IMG/VR virus record: IMGVR_UViG_3300005805_000172
Location: 1-40,967 of that record
Origin: a virus
Lineage: Duplodnaviria > Caudoviricetes
Length of the DNA stretch: 40,967 nucleotides
Reading direction: 5' to 3' (one strand)
Each line of letters begins with the position of its first letter. Positions within the stretch are counted from its first letter, which is position 1. Positions 15,717-26,600 of the stretch are shown piece by piece. The notes under the pieces were generated by a model. It was not told the DNA's origin. It made no database searches and saw only the letters and a list, made by a program, of their open reading frames with translations. The translations under genes were made by a program, and so were the position numbers.

Positions 15717-16706
15717 ATGGCCGACTACGCCATCGGGCTTTCGTTCCACAAGGCCAACCGGACCATCGTCCGCGCCGTGGGACTGACTGCCCCTGCCCGC
15801 TACTTCGCTACCCGCGACACATCCGGGAACATCACCCTGCCGACGCTGAACACCGGCGACGGCTACGTGGAGATGCAAGGCATCTCGCAGACCAGCTTCC
15901 AGATCAACGACAACAACCAGGAGTTCCGTCTCCTGGGCGATGACGGCTGGATGGACAGCGTGATCACCGGCAGCTCGGTGCAAGCATCGGTTACCGCCTA
16001 CTTCCTGCGTAACACCGAGATTCCCAGCGGTCAGATCACCCCGAGCTTCTTCGGTAGCTACGACGAAGGCTTTGACCTTATCCAGCGCAGCCGCTACGAC
16101 AAGAACTTCGAAGTGTACTTCGAGTTCCTGAAGGAACTGGGCCAAGCCAACGGCACCTCAGGCAACTACATCTACGACTTCACCGGCTTCAACGCCGTGC
16201 TCCAGAACTACCAGGAGCAAATCAACGCCGAAGGTCTGACCGAGGTCTCCTTCGACCTGATGAGCCGGGGTCGGCCTGTGTTCGGCAAGTACGACGCCGG
16301 TTCCACCGCCATCAGCTTCGGTGGTGTTCAGTCCAGCCTGCTGTTCCTGGTGGCTGGTACCCGTCAGGCTGCTGTGGTACCCGCCGACAACGCCTCGGCT
16401 GTCGCTACTTCCAGCACCGTCACGGTCACTTATACCTCCAACGGCACTGCAGCCTTGTCGAACCTGGCCCTCGGCCAGACCGACGGTTCCGGCTTCCGCT
16501 TGGAAGTGGCCTCGACCGGTGCCCGCGTGGCCTGCACGGTCGCACTCGGTGGCGCCGGCACAAACGTCGTGACGCTGACCCCCGGTGGCGCCCTGAGCGC
16601 CGGCACCATCTACCGGCTGAAAGTGGCAGACGGCGCCATCACCCAGGTGGTGGGGGGCGTGAAGCGCCCCATTCAGGGCGTTACCACCGAGTTCCGCACG
16701 GCCTGA
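15717..16706 (+). CDS. Major tail (tube) protein with a C-terminal Ig-like domain
   Basis: Strong RBS TAAGGAG. GWMDSVITG, EGLTEVSFDL. C-terminal PADNASAV...VTLTPGGALSAGTIYRLKV...TEFRT is a Big_5-like pattern. Confidence 0.82.
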   Translation: MADYAIGLSFHKANRTIVRAVGLTAPARYFATRDTSGNITLPTLNTGDGYVEMQGISQTSFQINDNNQEFRLLGDDGWMDSVITGSSVQASVTAYFLRNTEIPSGQITPSFFGSYDEGFDLIQRSRYDKNFEVYFEFLKELGQANGTSGNYIYDFTGFNAVLQNYQEQINAEGLTEVSFDLMSRGRPVFGKYDAGSTAISFGGVQSSLLFLVAGTRQAAVVPADNASAVATSSTVTVTYTSNGTAALSNLALGQTDGSGFRLEVASTGARVACTVALGGAGTNVVTLTPGGALSAGTIYRLKVADGAITQVVGGVKRPIQGVTTEFRTA

Positions 16707-16731
16707 TCTATCCCCCCGAGCTCGTATCACC

Positions 16732-16753
16732 AGGCCCCTCATGGGGCCTTTTT
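16732..16753 (+). terminator. Rho-independent terminator after the major tail gene
   Basis: AGGCCCC-tcat-GGGGCCT followed by TTTT. Confidence 0.85.
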
Positions 16754-16759
16754 CATGCC

Positions 16760-16996
16760 ATGGCCCAGTACGACCTGCTTGTCGACGAAGACTGCCTTGT
16801 CTTCGCGGTCAACTGCCAGGAGGAAGGCTCCACCCTCCACTGCGGAGCCCTCTACCTCGAACCCCTGATCCCCAACCAGCTTATACGCCTAGCGTATGGC
16901 GACGCTAGATTTGAGGTTGAACTTCCTGCAGAGCTGATCAACCAGCCTGATCCGTACAGGGCCTGGCAGGTTGCTCTACCGATTCGCGATGAGTAA
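16760..16996 (+). CDS. Hypothetical protein (78 aa)
   Basis: ATG after the terminator; overlaps the chaperone start by 8 nt. Confidence 0.55.
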   Translation: MAQYDLLVDEDCLVFAVNCQEEGSTLHCGALYLEPLIPNQLIRLAYGDARFEVELPAELINQPDPYRAWQVALPIRDE

Positions 16997-17540
16997 GTAC
17001 GCCAGCCTCCTTTTCCCCGCCGAGAAGTACCACGAGATCGGCCCCTTCCGTTTTCCCATCTATAACGACCTCGTTCCTGGTGAAGCCAAACAGATCGAGG
17101 CCATTTCGCGTAAGCAGTCGCGCTCTACTTTCGCATCGATCAAGCTGGCACAACGTATTGCCAAAGACAAGGGTATAAGTACCAAAGAAGCCGTCGAGCT
17201 GCTCGGAAACACCAGCGAGGACAACCAAGACCTCCTCTACGACTACGCTTCCGAGCTCGAAGAGCTCCAAAAGAACAGTGTCGGCGCTGTTGAGCAACAG
17301 GTTGCCTTCGTGACCCTGTTCATGCAGTACCGCGCCGAGGTCAAGCTCCCTAAAGCAAAGGACTGGCAGCGGGTCGACGACTGGACCGAGGCGGACACTG
17401 AAGCGATGCCCTCCAAGGTGATGGAAGACGTGTTCCGCATGATCGGGTGGGAGCGTGACGGCTGGCCAGAGCCGGAAACCGAGGGAAAGCCCGAGGGCGA
17501 GGAGGAGCAGGAGTTCAGCCCACCCCCGAGCAAATCCTGA
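16989..17540 (+). CDS. Tail assembly chaperone (lambda gpG analogue)
   Basis: Lies between the tube and tape measure genes; acidic and helical; slippery site near the 3' end. Confidence 0.8.
   Translation: MSKYASLLFPAEKYHEIGPFRFPIYNDLVPGEAKQIEAISRKQSRSTFASIKLAQRIAKDKGISTKEAVELLGNTSEDNQDLLYDYASELEELQKNSVGAVEQQVAFVTLFMQYRAEVKLPKAKDWQRVDDWTEADTEAMPSKVMEDVFRMIGWERDGWPEPETEGKPEGEEEQEFSPPPSKS
17483..17489 (+). other. Programmed -1 frameshift site G GGA AAG (G/GT)
   Basis: The lambda G-T heptamer, in frame. The -1 frame is open without a stop to 17971. Confidence 0.88.
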
Positions 17541-17971
17541 AGGCGTGCGAAGACCAGCTCCGCACCCGTGAAACGAACTGGGATGAGGTTTACTTCCGCC
17601 TCCGGACCTCCCCCCTTGGGGACGACTTCCCCCGAGAGCGTTTCTTGCGCACGCCGGTCGGCACCATCCGCTGGGTACTCTCTCAACTGAGCGACCGCGA
17701 ACAGGCTGACGCCAATCTGCAGGCGCTACCAATCGCCCGGCTGACCCAGATCGTGATTCAGGTCGCACACGGCTTCTCCGGCTCCAAACGACAGGCACCC
17801 AAGATCGAAGCGAAAGCCTTCTTGCCGTACCCGGATTGGCGCCCGGGCGGAGTTGAGGCTGACGGACCGGACAACCCAACGAAGTTCGTCCTCACCGAGC
17901 TCGCCAAGCGGCGCGCGATTCCGGTCCATGTCTTCGCTGCGCTGATGAGCCCGATCGAACAGCGGCCGTAA
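17486..17971 (+). CDS. Tail assembly chaperone frameshift extension (gpT analogue; fusion ~327 aa)
   Basis: The -1 frame reads KARGRGGAGVQPTPEQILKACEDQLRTRETNWDEVYFRL... and continues into the ORF-track ORF 17645-17971. Confidence 0.8.
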   Translation, partial: KARGRGGAGVQPTPEQILKACEDQLRTRETNWDEVYFRLRTSPLGDDFPRERFLRTPVGTIRWVLSQLSDREQADANLQALPIARLTQIVIQVAHGFSGSKRQAPKIEAKAFLPYPDWRPGGVEADGPDNPTKFVLTELAKRRAIPVHVFAALMSPIEQRP

Positions 17972-17998
17972 CATACGGTTAACGGATAGGGCGACGCA

Positions 17999-20900
17999 GT
18001 GGCTGATTTTCAGCTGAAGGTTGTAGCTGAAACGCAAGACGCGGAAAAGCGCCTCCGCGACATTGAGAAGACTGCTGATGAGACGACAAAAGCTCGTCAG
18101 ATAAAGATTGAGATACCTAATTACACTCAACTACACAAAAACTTTGAAGACTTAAAGAAAGACGTATCAAGTGCTGCTAATACTATCCAGCAGTTTTATC
18201 GAGTTGCGGCTCAGATCCCTGGTAGCCCAATCCAGCAAATCAATGAAATGGGGACGCAACTAAAGAATGTTGCAGTCGCCGCTAACGAATCACGTAAGAG
18301 CGTCGGAGACGCAGGTGATGTGATCAAAGGGTCTCTCCAGACAGCGGGCGATGCGGCTGGGGCCTTGGTCGGCAAACTCACCCGCATTGCCTTCAGCCTT
18401 TACGTTATTAACGAAGCCGCACAAGCAGTGCAGCAAGCATTCGGCGGGCTGTTCAAAGAGACGATAGGCCGTGAAGTAAAGCTACGTGAAACTATACTGA
18501 AGACTCAAACAACTCTAGCATCAACCAGCAAAGTCTTTCGAAATGGCAGCGAGATAACAGACCCCTATCAAAAAATTGTATCTCTAACTGGGGCCGTCAG
18601 AAAGAATATAGACAGCATTCGAGAGCGGTCAATCGAACTAGCTGGTGTCACCTCCAACGAGGTTATCGAGGTCTTCGGGATTGTGGCCTCGCAAGTGGGC
18701 CAGATCGGCGGGGGGTTAAAGGAAGCCGAAGACCTGGCCATAAACTTCGCTGCCGCACTCGGTACGTTCGGCATCCCACTCTATCAGGCTAGACAGGAAA
18801 TCGGCTCGATCCTGCGCGCGGATATCACGCAGGACTCCTATCTTGCAAAGGCGCTTGGGATCACCAATGACGACATAACAAAGGCCAAGACAGAATCCGG
18901 CGGAGTAGTGAAGTTTCTACAAGATAGATTGGCAGCAGCCGTCGCGGGGCAGAAGATAGCGGCCCAAGGATTTTCTGGCGTTGTTTCTAACCTTCGTGAC
19001 ATCAGCGAATTGGTGAGCCAGAGCTTTGGCAAGGGCTTACTTGACCCGTTGCTCACAGGCTTAACAGAAATCTTCAACTTCCTATTCAAGATACGCGAGC
19101 AACTATTCGCCATCGCAGAGAAGGCCGGAGGCACCCTCGGTCAGTTTGCGGCACTGTCTGTAAACAAGATTGGGAGTGGCACAAATACCGAGGGCGCGTT
19201 TGGCAGTTTTACGTCTAAAGCCCTGAACGAGGTGGAGTACAGCCTATTAGCGCTGAAAGTTACTTTCAACGATTTCATATCAAGCGTTTCTGAGCAGCTA
19301 GGAACTCTGCTGGATCGTGCCATGTACATATTAGCCGCGCTAGTTAAGGGGCTCACAGACCTAGCGTCTGGTTTACTGAGCTTAAAGTTAGAACAACTAA
19401 AGGCAGCAATCGGGGCATTAGAAACATTATCAAGTGGACTTGCAGTAGCTGCAACTGCCCTTAGCGGCTTCCTAAGCCTGTGGGGTGAATTCATGAAGAT
19501 CCCCATTGTTCAGCAATTCACCCAAATAAAAGCAACGATGGGCGTGCTAGAAGCAACAGGAGTGATGCCCTTAATTCGTAACGCCGTAATTCTGCGCGGT
19601 GTGCTCGCGAACTGGGCACAAGTATCTCAGTTTGTTGTAGCGCAGTTCAATATGCTGCGCGCGATGATTGGGGGCTTAATAGCAGCGATAGGCACGATGT
19701 TGGTGAGCATACAGCGTGCTGGTGTGGCTATGGCGACAGCCTGGCAGCCCAGCAGTGTTGCTCTACAGGCGGTCCAACAGGAGCTGCTCAAGATCACTGC
19801 ACAGCTGGGGTTGGTGGGCGCTGCCGCGCAGAAAGCAGGCGAAAAACTTGGAGGGCTGAACGACACCCAAGGAAAGATAGGTGGTGGCGTAGTAGGGCTG
19901 ATTGGTGGGATGATCAAGTTCCAGCTAATCATGATGGCAGTCAGCGCGGCCATCAGCCTCGTAATTGAGCGGTTTTCGGCTTGGAAAGAAGAGCAGGACA
20001 TCAAGCAGAACGCCAACGAAGCTGCACAAGCGCTGCAGTACCTGCAGGCCAATTACCACAAGCTTGGGCAGGAGGTCGACTACGCGACCAAAAAGATTCT
20101 TGAAATGAAGCAAGCTCAGGTCGATGAGCAATACAGCAAAGACCTCAAGGCCCTACAAGAGCTTCAAGCGGAGTTGAAAAAGGTACGTGAGGCGAAACAG
20201 CGCAACGCCTCTGTAGTTCCGCCGCCGCGCACCGCTCTACCCACGACAGATCTGACTGGTTCGAGCCTAGGAGCTCTTGACGCGGCAGTCGTGGTACAAC
20301 GCACACTGTTCAGTAGAGAAGAAGAGCTGCTGAAAAAGATTCATGAAATGCGACAGCGCATGCAAGGCGTAGAGCTGCTTAAGGCAAAGCAACAAATGGA
20401 AGAAAACATCAGGCTAGAAGCAGATAAGCGAAAGAACTTAGCAAAGGAGATTCAGGATATCAATAGAAGCATCGATAACGATTTGTTCCAGAGGCGACAG
20501 GAGCTGGCTCAAAAGGAGGTTGAGGTATTCCGCGCCGCCGGAGAGCTCCGCATCTTCCAGATGGAGCAGGCGAACAAGAAGATGCTGGAGGGACAAGAAG
20601 GCGCCTCCGCAGCAGCGATGGAAGCATTGAACAGTTACCTCAGTACACGAGAACGAGGTGAACTCGATATTGAAGCGGCAAAGAAAGCTTTAACAATCGA
20701 AGTTGCAAACCTGCAGAAAGCGTCCGATGACTATCGCCTGGAGATCGAGAAGAAGATATTTGACTTACGCAAGCGCGCCAACGAGAACGATGTAAATGCA
20801 ACTAAGTACCGTGAGCAACTTGTAAATCAGCAACTGGGGGGTCCTGTGCCGGCAGACCTTCAGGGACGGCAAGAAAAAGCAATGGGCTTCTTCATGAGCC

Positions 20901-23179
20901 GCGGCTTATCGCAGTTGTCCGCTGCTGCTCTCGTTGGTGGGCTAACTCAGGAATCGAAACTGGAATCAAACGCACAGAATCCGAAGAGCGGCGCGGAGGG
21001 TATCGCACAATGGCTCGGCACCCGCAAAACAGCAATGGTGGGAGCAGGGGCGCGTAACAGCTTTAACGACCAATTGGAATTTGTGTGGCAGGAACTACAG
21101 GGCAGTGAATCCAAAGCCCTTGGCCTTCTGCAGAGCGCGAAGACACTTAACCAGGCGCTGCTGGCTGCGGCCCAGTTTGAGCGGTTCGACGGGTACCAAC
21201 AGATCGGTGCGGGCACCGAGTGGGGAGACCGTATTGCCTACACCAACGACATTCTCAACAGGAAAGATAGGCGTGGAGCGTCAGTCGCATCTGGGGCAAC
21301 GACAATGCAAGGCCGTAGTGATATTCCAGACCCCAAAGAAGCTGCTGATAAATATCGAAACTTACTTCAAAGCGCAGCCAACGCCATGGAGCGCCTGCGC
21401 GCACTGCAGGCGGCGCTCACTGATGCCAAGACTGCTGCGGCTTTTGAAGAGATCGCCAAAGCAGCCTTCCCGCAGGTGGCCCTGGAGCAATACAGGGATC
21501 AATTGGTAGAAGCTGAACAGACACTCAAGGCACTGGCGGAAACAACAGCAGACGCGTATGACCCTGAGGCTCTGAAGATATCTGTTGATCAAGTCACCCA
21601 AAGACTCATAAAAGAGCGCGAAATGAAAGAGATTCTGGAAAAAGCAGCTATTCAGAAAAAAGAAGGCAAGTTGACAGAAGAAAAATTCAACAAGCTACAG
21701 AAAGACCTCAATGATAAGAAGAAGAAGTTCCTCGAAGACCTCAAAGAAGAAGCACGCCTGAAAAAGCAAGTCCTAGACATAACACGCCAGCAACGCGCAA
21801 TCGAAGATATTCAGCGCGCGACGGGAGCCATCAAGTTCGACGTCCAGCGTGCGGGTGTACAAGCCCAAGCCACTATGGCCCGCGCCTACGCAGGCGACGA
21901 CCCGAGAGCGGCGCGTGCAATCGAAGCCGAAGAGAAAATCGCCAATTACCGTATTGAGCTCGAACAGAAGTACGGCGCCGAAAGCGAGAAAGCCCGCAAA
22001 GAGCTCCAGGACTTCGCAGCCAGGACTCGCGCCGCTGGGGTCGCCCTCGGTGAGCTCGATGTCGCAGTGCGTGACTACCAGGAATCACTGACCCGAATCC
22101 GCGCGGCGGCGGCCACCCTCACCGAGGGCTACAAGGGTTTACTGAAGAGCGCTCTATCCGGTGGCGATATCAAGCAAGCCGTCGGAGACATGACCCGCTC
22201 AATCACCGACAAGCTCACCGGCATGGTGCTCGACGCGGCTTTCAAGCCCATGGAGGACATGTTCGTTGAAAAGCTAAAGCAGGTGTTCAATATCCAAGAC
22301 CCACAGCAACAACTCCAACAGGAGAACAACGCCCAGCTGGGCCTCAATACAGCCGCGATCGAAACGCTGACTGCTGCAATCCAAGCCAGCGCAGTGTCTC
22401 CCACAGCAGCTGCCATCGCTCCCGGTCAGGCCACGATCAGCGAGCTCCAAAACATGTCCCCCGAGGACCTCGACTCCACCCTTACAAACACCTTCGTTGG
22501 CATGGGGGACGCCGTCATGAACACCAGCAAGAAAGCAGACAAAGCCGCTAAAGACGGCGAAAAGAACTTCGGCAAGTTCCTTGGCTCCATGACCAGCGTC
22601 GCGACAGGCGCCCTCGCCATCGTCGGCGCCATCCAAGGTATGCAGAGCTCCAAGGGCGGCACCTACGAAACCTTGATGGGCATCTCCGGCATCTTCATGG
22701 GTCTGGGCTCTATTTTCTCCGGTATCGGCGGCCTAGGCAAGAAGGCCCTTGGTGGACCCATCTCCGCCGGCCGCCCCTACCTCGTGGGAGAGCACGGCCC
22801 CGAGCTCGTCTTCAGCCGCGACTACGGCACCGTTCTGCCCGCCAACCGCACCCAAGCCCTTCTGGCTTCAACACGTGGTGCCCTCGGAGGGCCCTCCGCA
22901 GCGGCTGCCTCCTCGGCCATCGATGCCAATCGCGAAGCCCTGAGCGCAAGCGCCTCCCTCACCCGAGAGCGCTACGTCGAGCGCGTCCTCAGCTCCGGCT
23001 CAAGCTCTACCGAGATCAAGTATTCCCGGGTGGGCTCAGGAGATCTGCCCTTCGTCACCGAGGACGACATGCTCCAGGCCACCCGCCTGGCCGCCCAAGA
23101 AGGCGCCCGTTTGGGGCAGCAACGCACCCTCGCCGCGCTGCGCAGCAATCCCTCCACCCGCCGCTCGATTGGCGTCTAA
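17999..23179 (+). CDS. Tape measure protein with an internal phage-tail lysozyme-like domain
   Basis: 1726 aa, Ala/Leu-rich helical, follows the chaperones. AAALVGGLTQES...GAEGIAQW...QLEFVWQEL (~20870-21260). C-terminal ALGGP..AGRPYLVGEHGPEL. Confidence 0.92.
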   Translation: MADFQLKVVAETQDAEKRLRDIEKTADETTKARQIKIEIPNYTQLHKNFEDLKKDVSSAANTIQQFYRVAAQIPGSPIQQINEMGTQLKNVAVAANESRKSVGDAGDVIKGSLQTAGDAAGALVGKLTRIAFSLYVINEAAQAVQQAFGGLFKETIGREVKLRETILKTQTTLASTSKVFRNGSEITDPYQKIVSLTGAVRKNIDSIRERSIELAGVTSNEVIEVFGIVASQVGQIGGGLKEAEDLAINFAAALGTFGIPLYQARQEIGSILRADITQDSYLAKALGITNDDITKAKTESGGVVKFLQDRLAAAVAGQKIAAQGFSGVVSNLRDISELVSQSFGKGLLDPLLTGLTEIFNFLFKIREQLFAIAEKAGGTLGQFAALSVNKIGSGTNTEGAFGSFTSKALNEVEYSLLALKVTFNDFISSVSEQLGTLLDRAMYILAALVKGLTDLASGLLSLKLEQLKAAIGALETLSSGLAVAATALSGFLSLWGEFMKIPIVQQFTQIKATMGVLEATGVMPLIRNAVILRGVLANWAQVSQFVVAQFNMLRAMIGGLIAAIGTMLVSIQRAGVAMATAWQPSSVALQAVQQELLKITAQLGLVGAAAQKAGEKLGGLNDTQGKIGGGVVGLIGGMIKFQLIMMAVSAAISLVIERFSAWKEEQDIKQNANEAAQALQYLQANYHKLGQEVDYATKKILEMKQAQVDEQYSKDLKALQELQAELKKVREAKQRNASVVPPPRTALPTTDLTGSSLGALDAAVVVQRTLFSREEELLKKIHEMRQRMQGVELLKAKQQMEENIRLEADKRKNLAKEIQDINRSIDNDLFQRRQELAQKEVEVFRAAGELRIFQMEQANKKMLEGQEGASAAAMEALNSYLSTRERGELDIEAAKKALTIEVANLQKASDDYRLEIEKKIFDLRKRANENDVNATKYREQLVNQQLGGPVPADLQGRQEKAMGFFMSRGLSQLSAAALVGGLTQESKLESNAQNPKSGAEGIAQWLGTRKTAMVGAGARNSFNDQLEFVWQELQGSESKALGLLQSAKTLNQALLAAAQFERFDGYQQIGAGTEWGDRIAYTNDILNRKDRRGASVASGATTMQGRSDIPDPKEAADKYRNLLQSAANAMERLRALQAALTDAKTAAAFEEIAKAAFPQVALEQYRDQLVEAEQTLKALAETTADAYDPEALKISVDQVTQRLIKEREMKEILEKAAIQKKEGKLTEEKFNKLQKDLNDKKKKFLEDLKEEARLKKQVLDITRQQRAIEDIQRATGAIKFDVQRAGVQAQATMARAYAGDDPRAARAIEAEEKIANYRIELEQKYGAESEKARKELQDFAARTRAAGVALGELDVAVRDYQESLTRIRAAAATLTEGYKGLLKSALSGGDIKQAVGDMTRSITDKLTGMVLDAAFKPMEDMFVEKLKQVFNIQDPQQQLQQENNAQLGLNTAAIETLTAAIQASAVSPTAAAIAPGQATISELQNMSPEDLDSTLTNTFVGMGDAVMNTSKKADKAAKDGEKNFGKFLGSMTSVATGALAIVGAIQGMQSSKGGTYETLMGISGIFMGLGSIFSGIGGLGKKALGGPISAGRPYLVGEHGPELVFSRDYGTVLPANRTQALLASTRGALGGPSAAAASSAIDANREALSASASLTRERYVERVLSSGSSSTEIKYSRVGSGDLPFVTEDDMLQATRLAAQEGARLGQQRTLAALRSNPSTRRSIGV

Positions 23180-23181
23180 CC

Positions 23182-23658
23182 ATGGCTGCAGAAATCGCAA
23201 TCGGCACCTACATCCGCTTCCAAACCCGTACAGGAGCGGACGTAGGTCACGCCTTTCAGAACTTCCACCAAGGCGAAACCCGCACTTACGGAAGCGTGGA
23301 GTACACCTACGCCGGCTTCGGGTTCAGTGGTAGCAGCGTCGACTTACAAGGCAGCAACATACGGGCTTCACTTGTCTTTGCAGTCGGACAACTACTTTTG
23401 AACTTCGTACAAGAGGCTGCCGACAGCCGCTGGATTGTCCGCATTCGTACCGTCTGGCTCGACCCAGACACTTTCGAAGAAACCTCTACTTTTACAGAGG
23501 AGACGTACCAGATCTCCGGTTTTCAGCACGAGGGCAGTCGCCTATCACTTGACCTGAGCAGCCCTTTGGATGCCGTCAGTGGCCAGGCACCGCGACGCAC
23601 GCTCAGTCAGTACCTCGTGGGCAACCTCCCAAGCACCGGCCAGATCTCCTTCACCTGA
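23182..23658 (+). CDS. Minor tail/tail-tip protein (lambda gpL-like position)
   Basis: Follows the tape measure; YTYAGFGFSG, LDLSSPLDAV...PRRTL. Confidence 0.6.
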   Translation: MAAEIAIGTYIRFQTRTGADVGHAFQNFHQGETRTYGSVEYTYAGFGFSGSSVDLQGSNIRASLVFAVGQLLLNFVQEAADSRWIVRIRTVWLDPDTFEETSTFTEETYQISGFQHEGSRLSLDLSSPLDAVSGQAPRRTLSQYLVGNLPSTGQISFT

Positions 23659-26600
23659 TGCTCAGCCCTAACGACCGCCCAATCGTCCTCCTCCCACAGG
23701 ACCGCGAGCTCATTGAGCTTTTAGGTCTCACCGAGAGCGAGTACCGCCAGTTTCTGCGCGAAGCGGTAAAGCGCTCTCGGGTAGAACCCGGCAAGCCGGT
23801 GAACTTCATCGACTTCGGCCTGGTTGCCTTGATCTTCACGGTCATCGGCCTCCTGCTTCAAGTTGCCGCGCTGTTCTTCAAGCCAAAGACGAGTCGACCC
23901 CCCGACATCCGACAGACCTCCGACCCGGGACAGAACGTCGTCAACCGCACCGAGTACGCCCCCAAAGCGGGCTTCGACTCCTTGCAGAATGTGGTCGAGC
24001 TGGGCTCCGCCATCCCCCTAGTTTTCGCTAAGCGCGAGACAATTGACGGTGTCACCTACGGCGGAGTGCGGGTCAACACGAACCTGCTCTGGAGCCAAAT
24101 GCTCAGCCTGGGGGGCGGCCAAATGCTCAGGGCGGTGTTCCTGATCTCTGAGGCCACGATCGGCGACGTTGACCCTAGCCAATTCGCCTTCGGTGACAAC
24201 GTGATGGGCGCGTATGACCTAGCAGAGGCAAATGCCGCCAGCAGCCGCGTCACCTTCTACGTCTCCAAAGATGGGGGGCGCTTGACCAGCGCCGACCGCG
24301 TAGCCGGTCGCCTTGCTGCCAACGACCTTGGCAACGCACAAAACGTTGGCGCCGAGGATGTTTTCTCAATTGCCGGGCTGAACGGCGCCTGGACCACTGA
24401 CTTCTGCTATACGTTCAAGCCTTCAACCCAGACACAGTTTGGTGTCTACCAGTTGATTGGCAATGGTTTCGGGTTCAGAGTTAACCCCGCTCTTCGACCA
24501 GCCGTAGTTGTTAAGACGGAGCCAAAAGGCGATCAAGGCGATATTCGCTTGCGCTGTTTACAGGATGGCGTGTCCCGTGCCCAGCGCGACAAATACAACA
24601 CCAAGTTCAGCTCGCGTAGTGGTGTAACCCAGCTCAACGGCACCCCCATCAGTGGCGTCATGTCCCTTGTCGTGGGCGACACCGTCACCTACGTTCTGGA
24701 CTCTGCCAGCGACGCCAATACTCAGTTCATCGGTGTTCAGGAGGGCCCAAACCACAAAGAAACCTGCCGTGACGTGGCCCAGGCAGTTTCAGGCCGCCAA
24801 CGCAGCTGGGACGATGCTCTAACAATCGGAGAGCTGTACCGGCTAGGCAGCGCCTTGCTGATCTGCGAAAGCCGCTCTCCCGCTGACGAGATTTTCACCT
24901 CCGAGGCCGACCAGGAACCTATCGGTGGGGGCCAGACAATGAGCGTGGTACTGCGTTGTGTACGCGCAGGCACAGCAGTCTTCAACCCCACTAGCGGCAC
25001 CGCCAACGCGACCCAGACCAGCCATCTGTTCAAAACCGCGGTGGCCAACTTCTCCTTGCCCCGTGCGGCACAGATAGTGGAACTCGGGCTGCGCAGCACA
25101 TTAGGAATTCGTATCAGCGGCCTCTGTAATTTCCGAGATTCGCTAAGCGAAACAGAGATCGACGGCCGCGCCTGTAACTATTACAACGGCCGAGTGTATG
25201 ACTCCGGAGAGAGCCTTGACCTTTCGAGCTATCAATCCGGCAGCTTCTCTGGCGCAGAAATGCGCTATTCATTCTTTAAGATTAGCTACCGAATAGCAGG
25301 TAGCAACAGCGGCTACACATCGCTGGAGCCGTGTTTTGGCGTGCGCAGTTTAACTCAACAGGCGGTGTACAACTATATCCGTTTGCAAATGCCGTCGATG
25401 CAACGTTGGGAATATCGCCTGGAGCCCGTAACAGGCTGGGAGATCCGCAATTCTATCGCTAGCGGAAATCTAGAAATCCTTGATAGTCGCATCACAGGCA
25501 CACGCAGCGTGGGGTCAGGCAGCGGAACCGAAACCGTTATGATTACGTACTCGGGGGAGCCAGTTGCGCGAACCGCAGACACCTTCGCCATTGCCGCCAC
25601 TAGGGACAAGGCCCTTGGTGTAACGCTGTCTGACACGCGCGACTATGCCGATGACTGGGGCAAAGTGGCAGAGGCTTTTGTCTTTGAGGAGCTCCAGACG
25701 AGCGCCCGCTCCCCCGAGCACGAACTGGTCTATGTGAACCTGCTCGCGCCCAACCCCAACATCCCCGAGTACGAAAGCCTGGCAACCGTTGGGGTCAACC
25801 TGCGCAGCAGTACAGAAGCGAGCCAACTAAATCAGCTATCGGTGTACATCAACGAAGGCATAGGTAGTGTGCATACCTTCCCCGAAGTGTACAGCATTCT
25901 GCTCAAGAACTCGGTTTTCGGCGTAGGTGAGATTCTAAGCCCTGAGCAAATCGACAATGAAAGCTTCACCGAATGCGCGGCATGGACGCGCGCACGCAAA
26001 TACTTCTTCGATGGCGCGATTGCGCAGCCTATAAACCTACGTCAATGGGGCAGCCAAACAGCCGGTTTCTTCCTCTTGGACATGGTCATCAAGAACGGCC
26101 GATTTGCACTACAACCTGCGTTCTACTTCAACCAACCTGAGCCTATCACCAATCTCTACACCGCCGGAAACATCATTGACGGCAGCTTTGAATTTGCTTA
26201 CGCCGACATCGAGCAACGGACCCCGAGCCGAATCAGCGTAAAGTGGAGGCAAGAGAAAGCCTTCGATACAGAAACAAACAAGGGCCTATTCCCTGTAGTC
26301 CGCGAAGTGACGGTGTGCGAAGTAGGCACTCCTAAGAACGCCCCTCTCGAATCAATCGATTTGAGCGACTTTTGCACAAGCGAGAACCACGCCATCGACG
26401 TCGGCAAATACATTTGCCGAGGACGACGATTGTACACACACTCTGTGAAATTTAAGACCGTGCCGACCCAGGCAGCAGTACAGGTCGGGCGTTGTATAAA
26501 GCTGGGCCTTGAGACCGTGGCCTACAACCAACCGAACAATGGCGCGATAGATAAGCACGGGGCAGTTACAACCACAGAGCCCCTCGCTGATGGCACTTAC

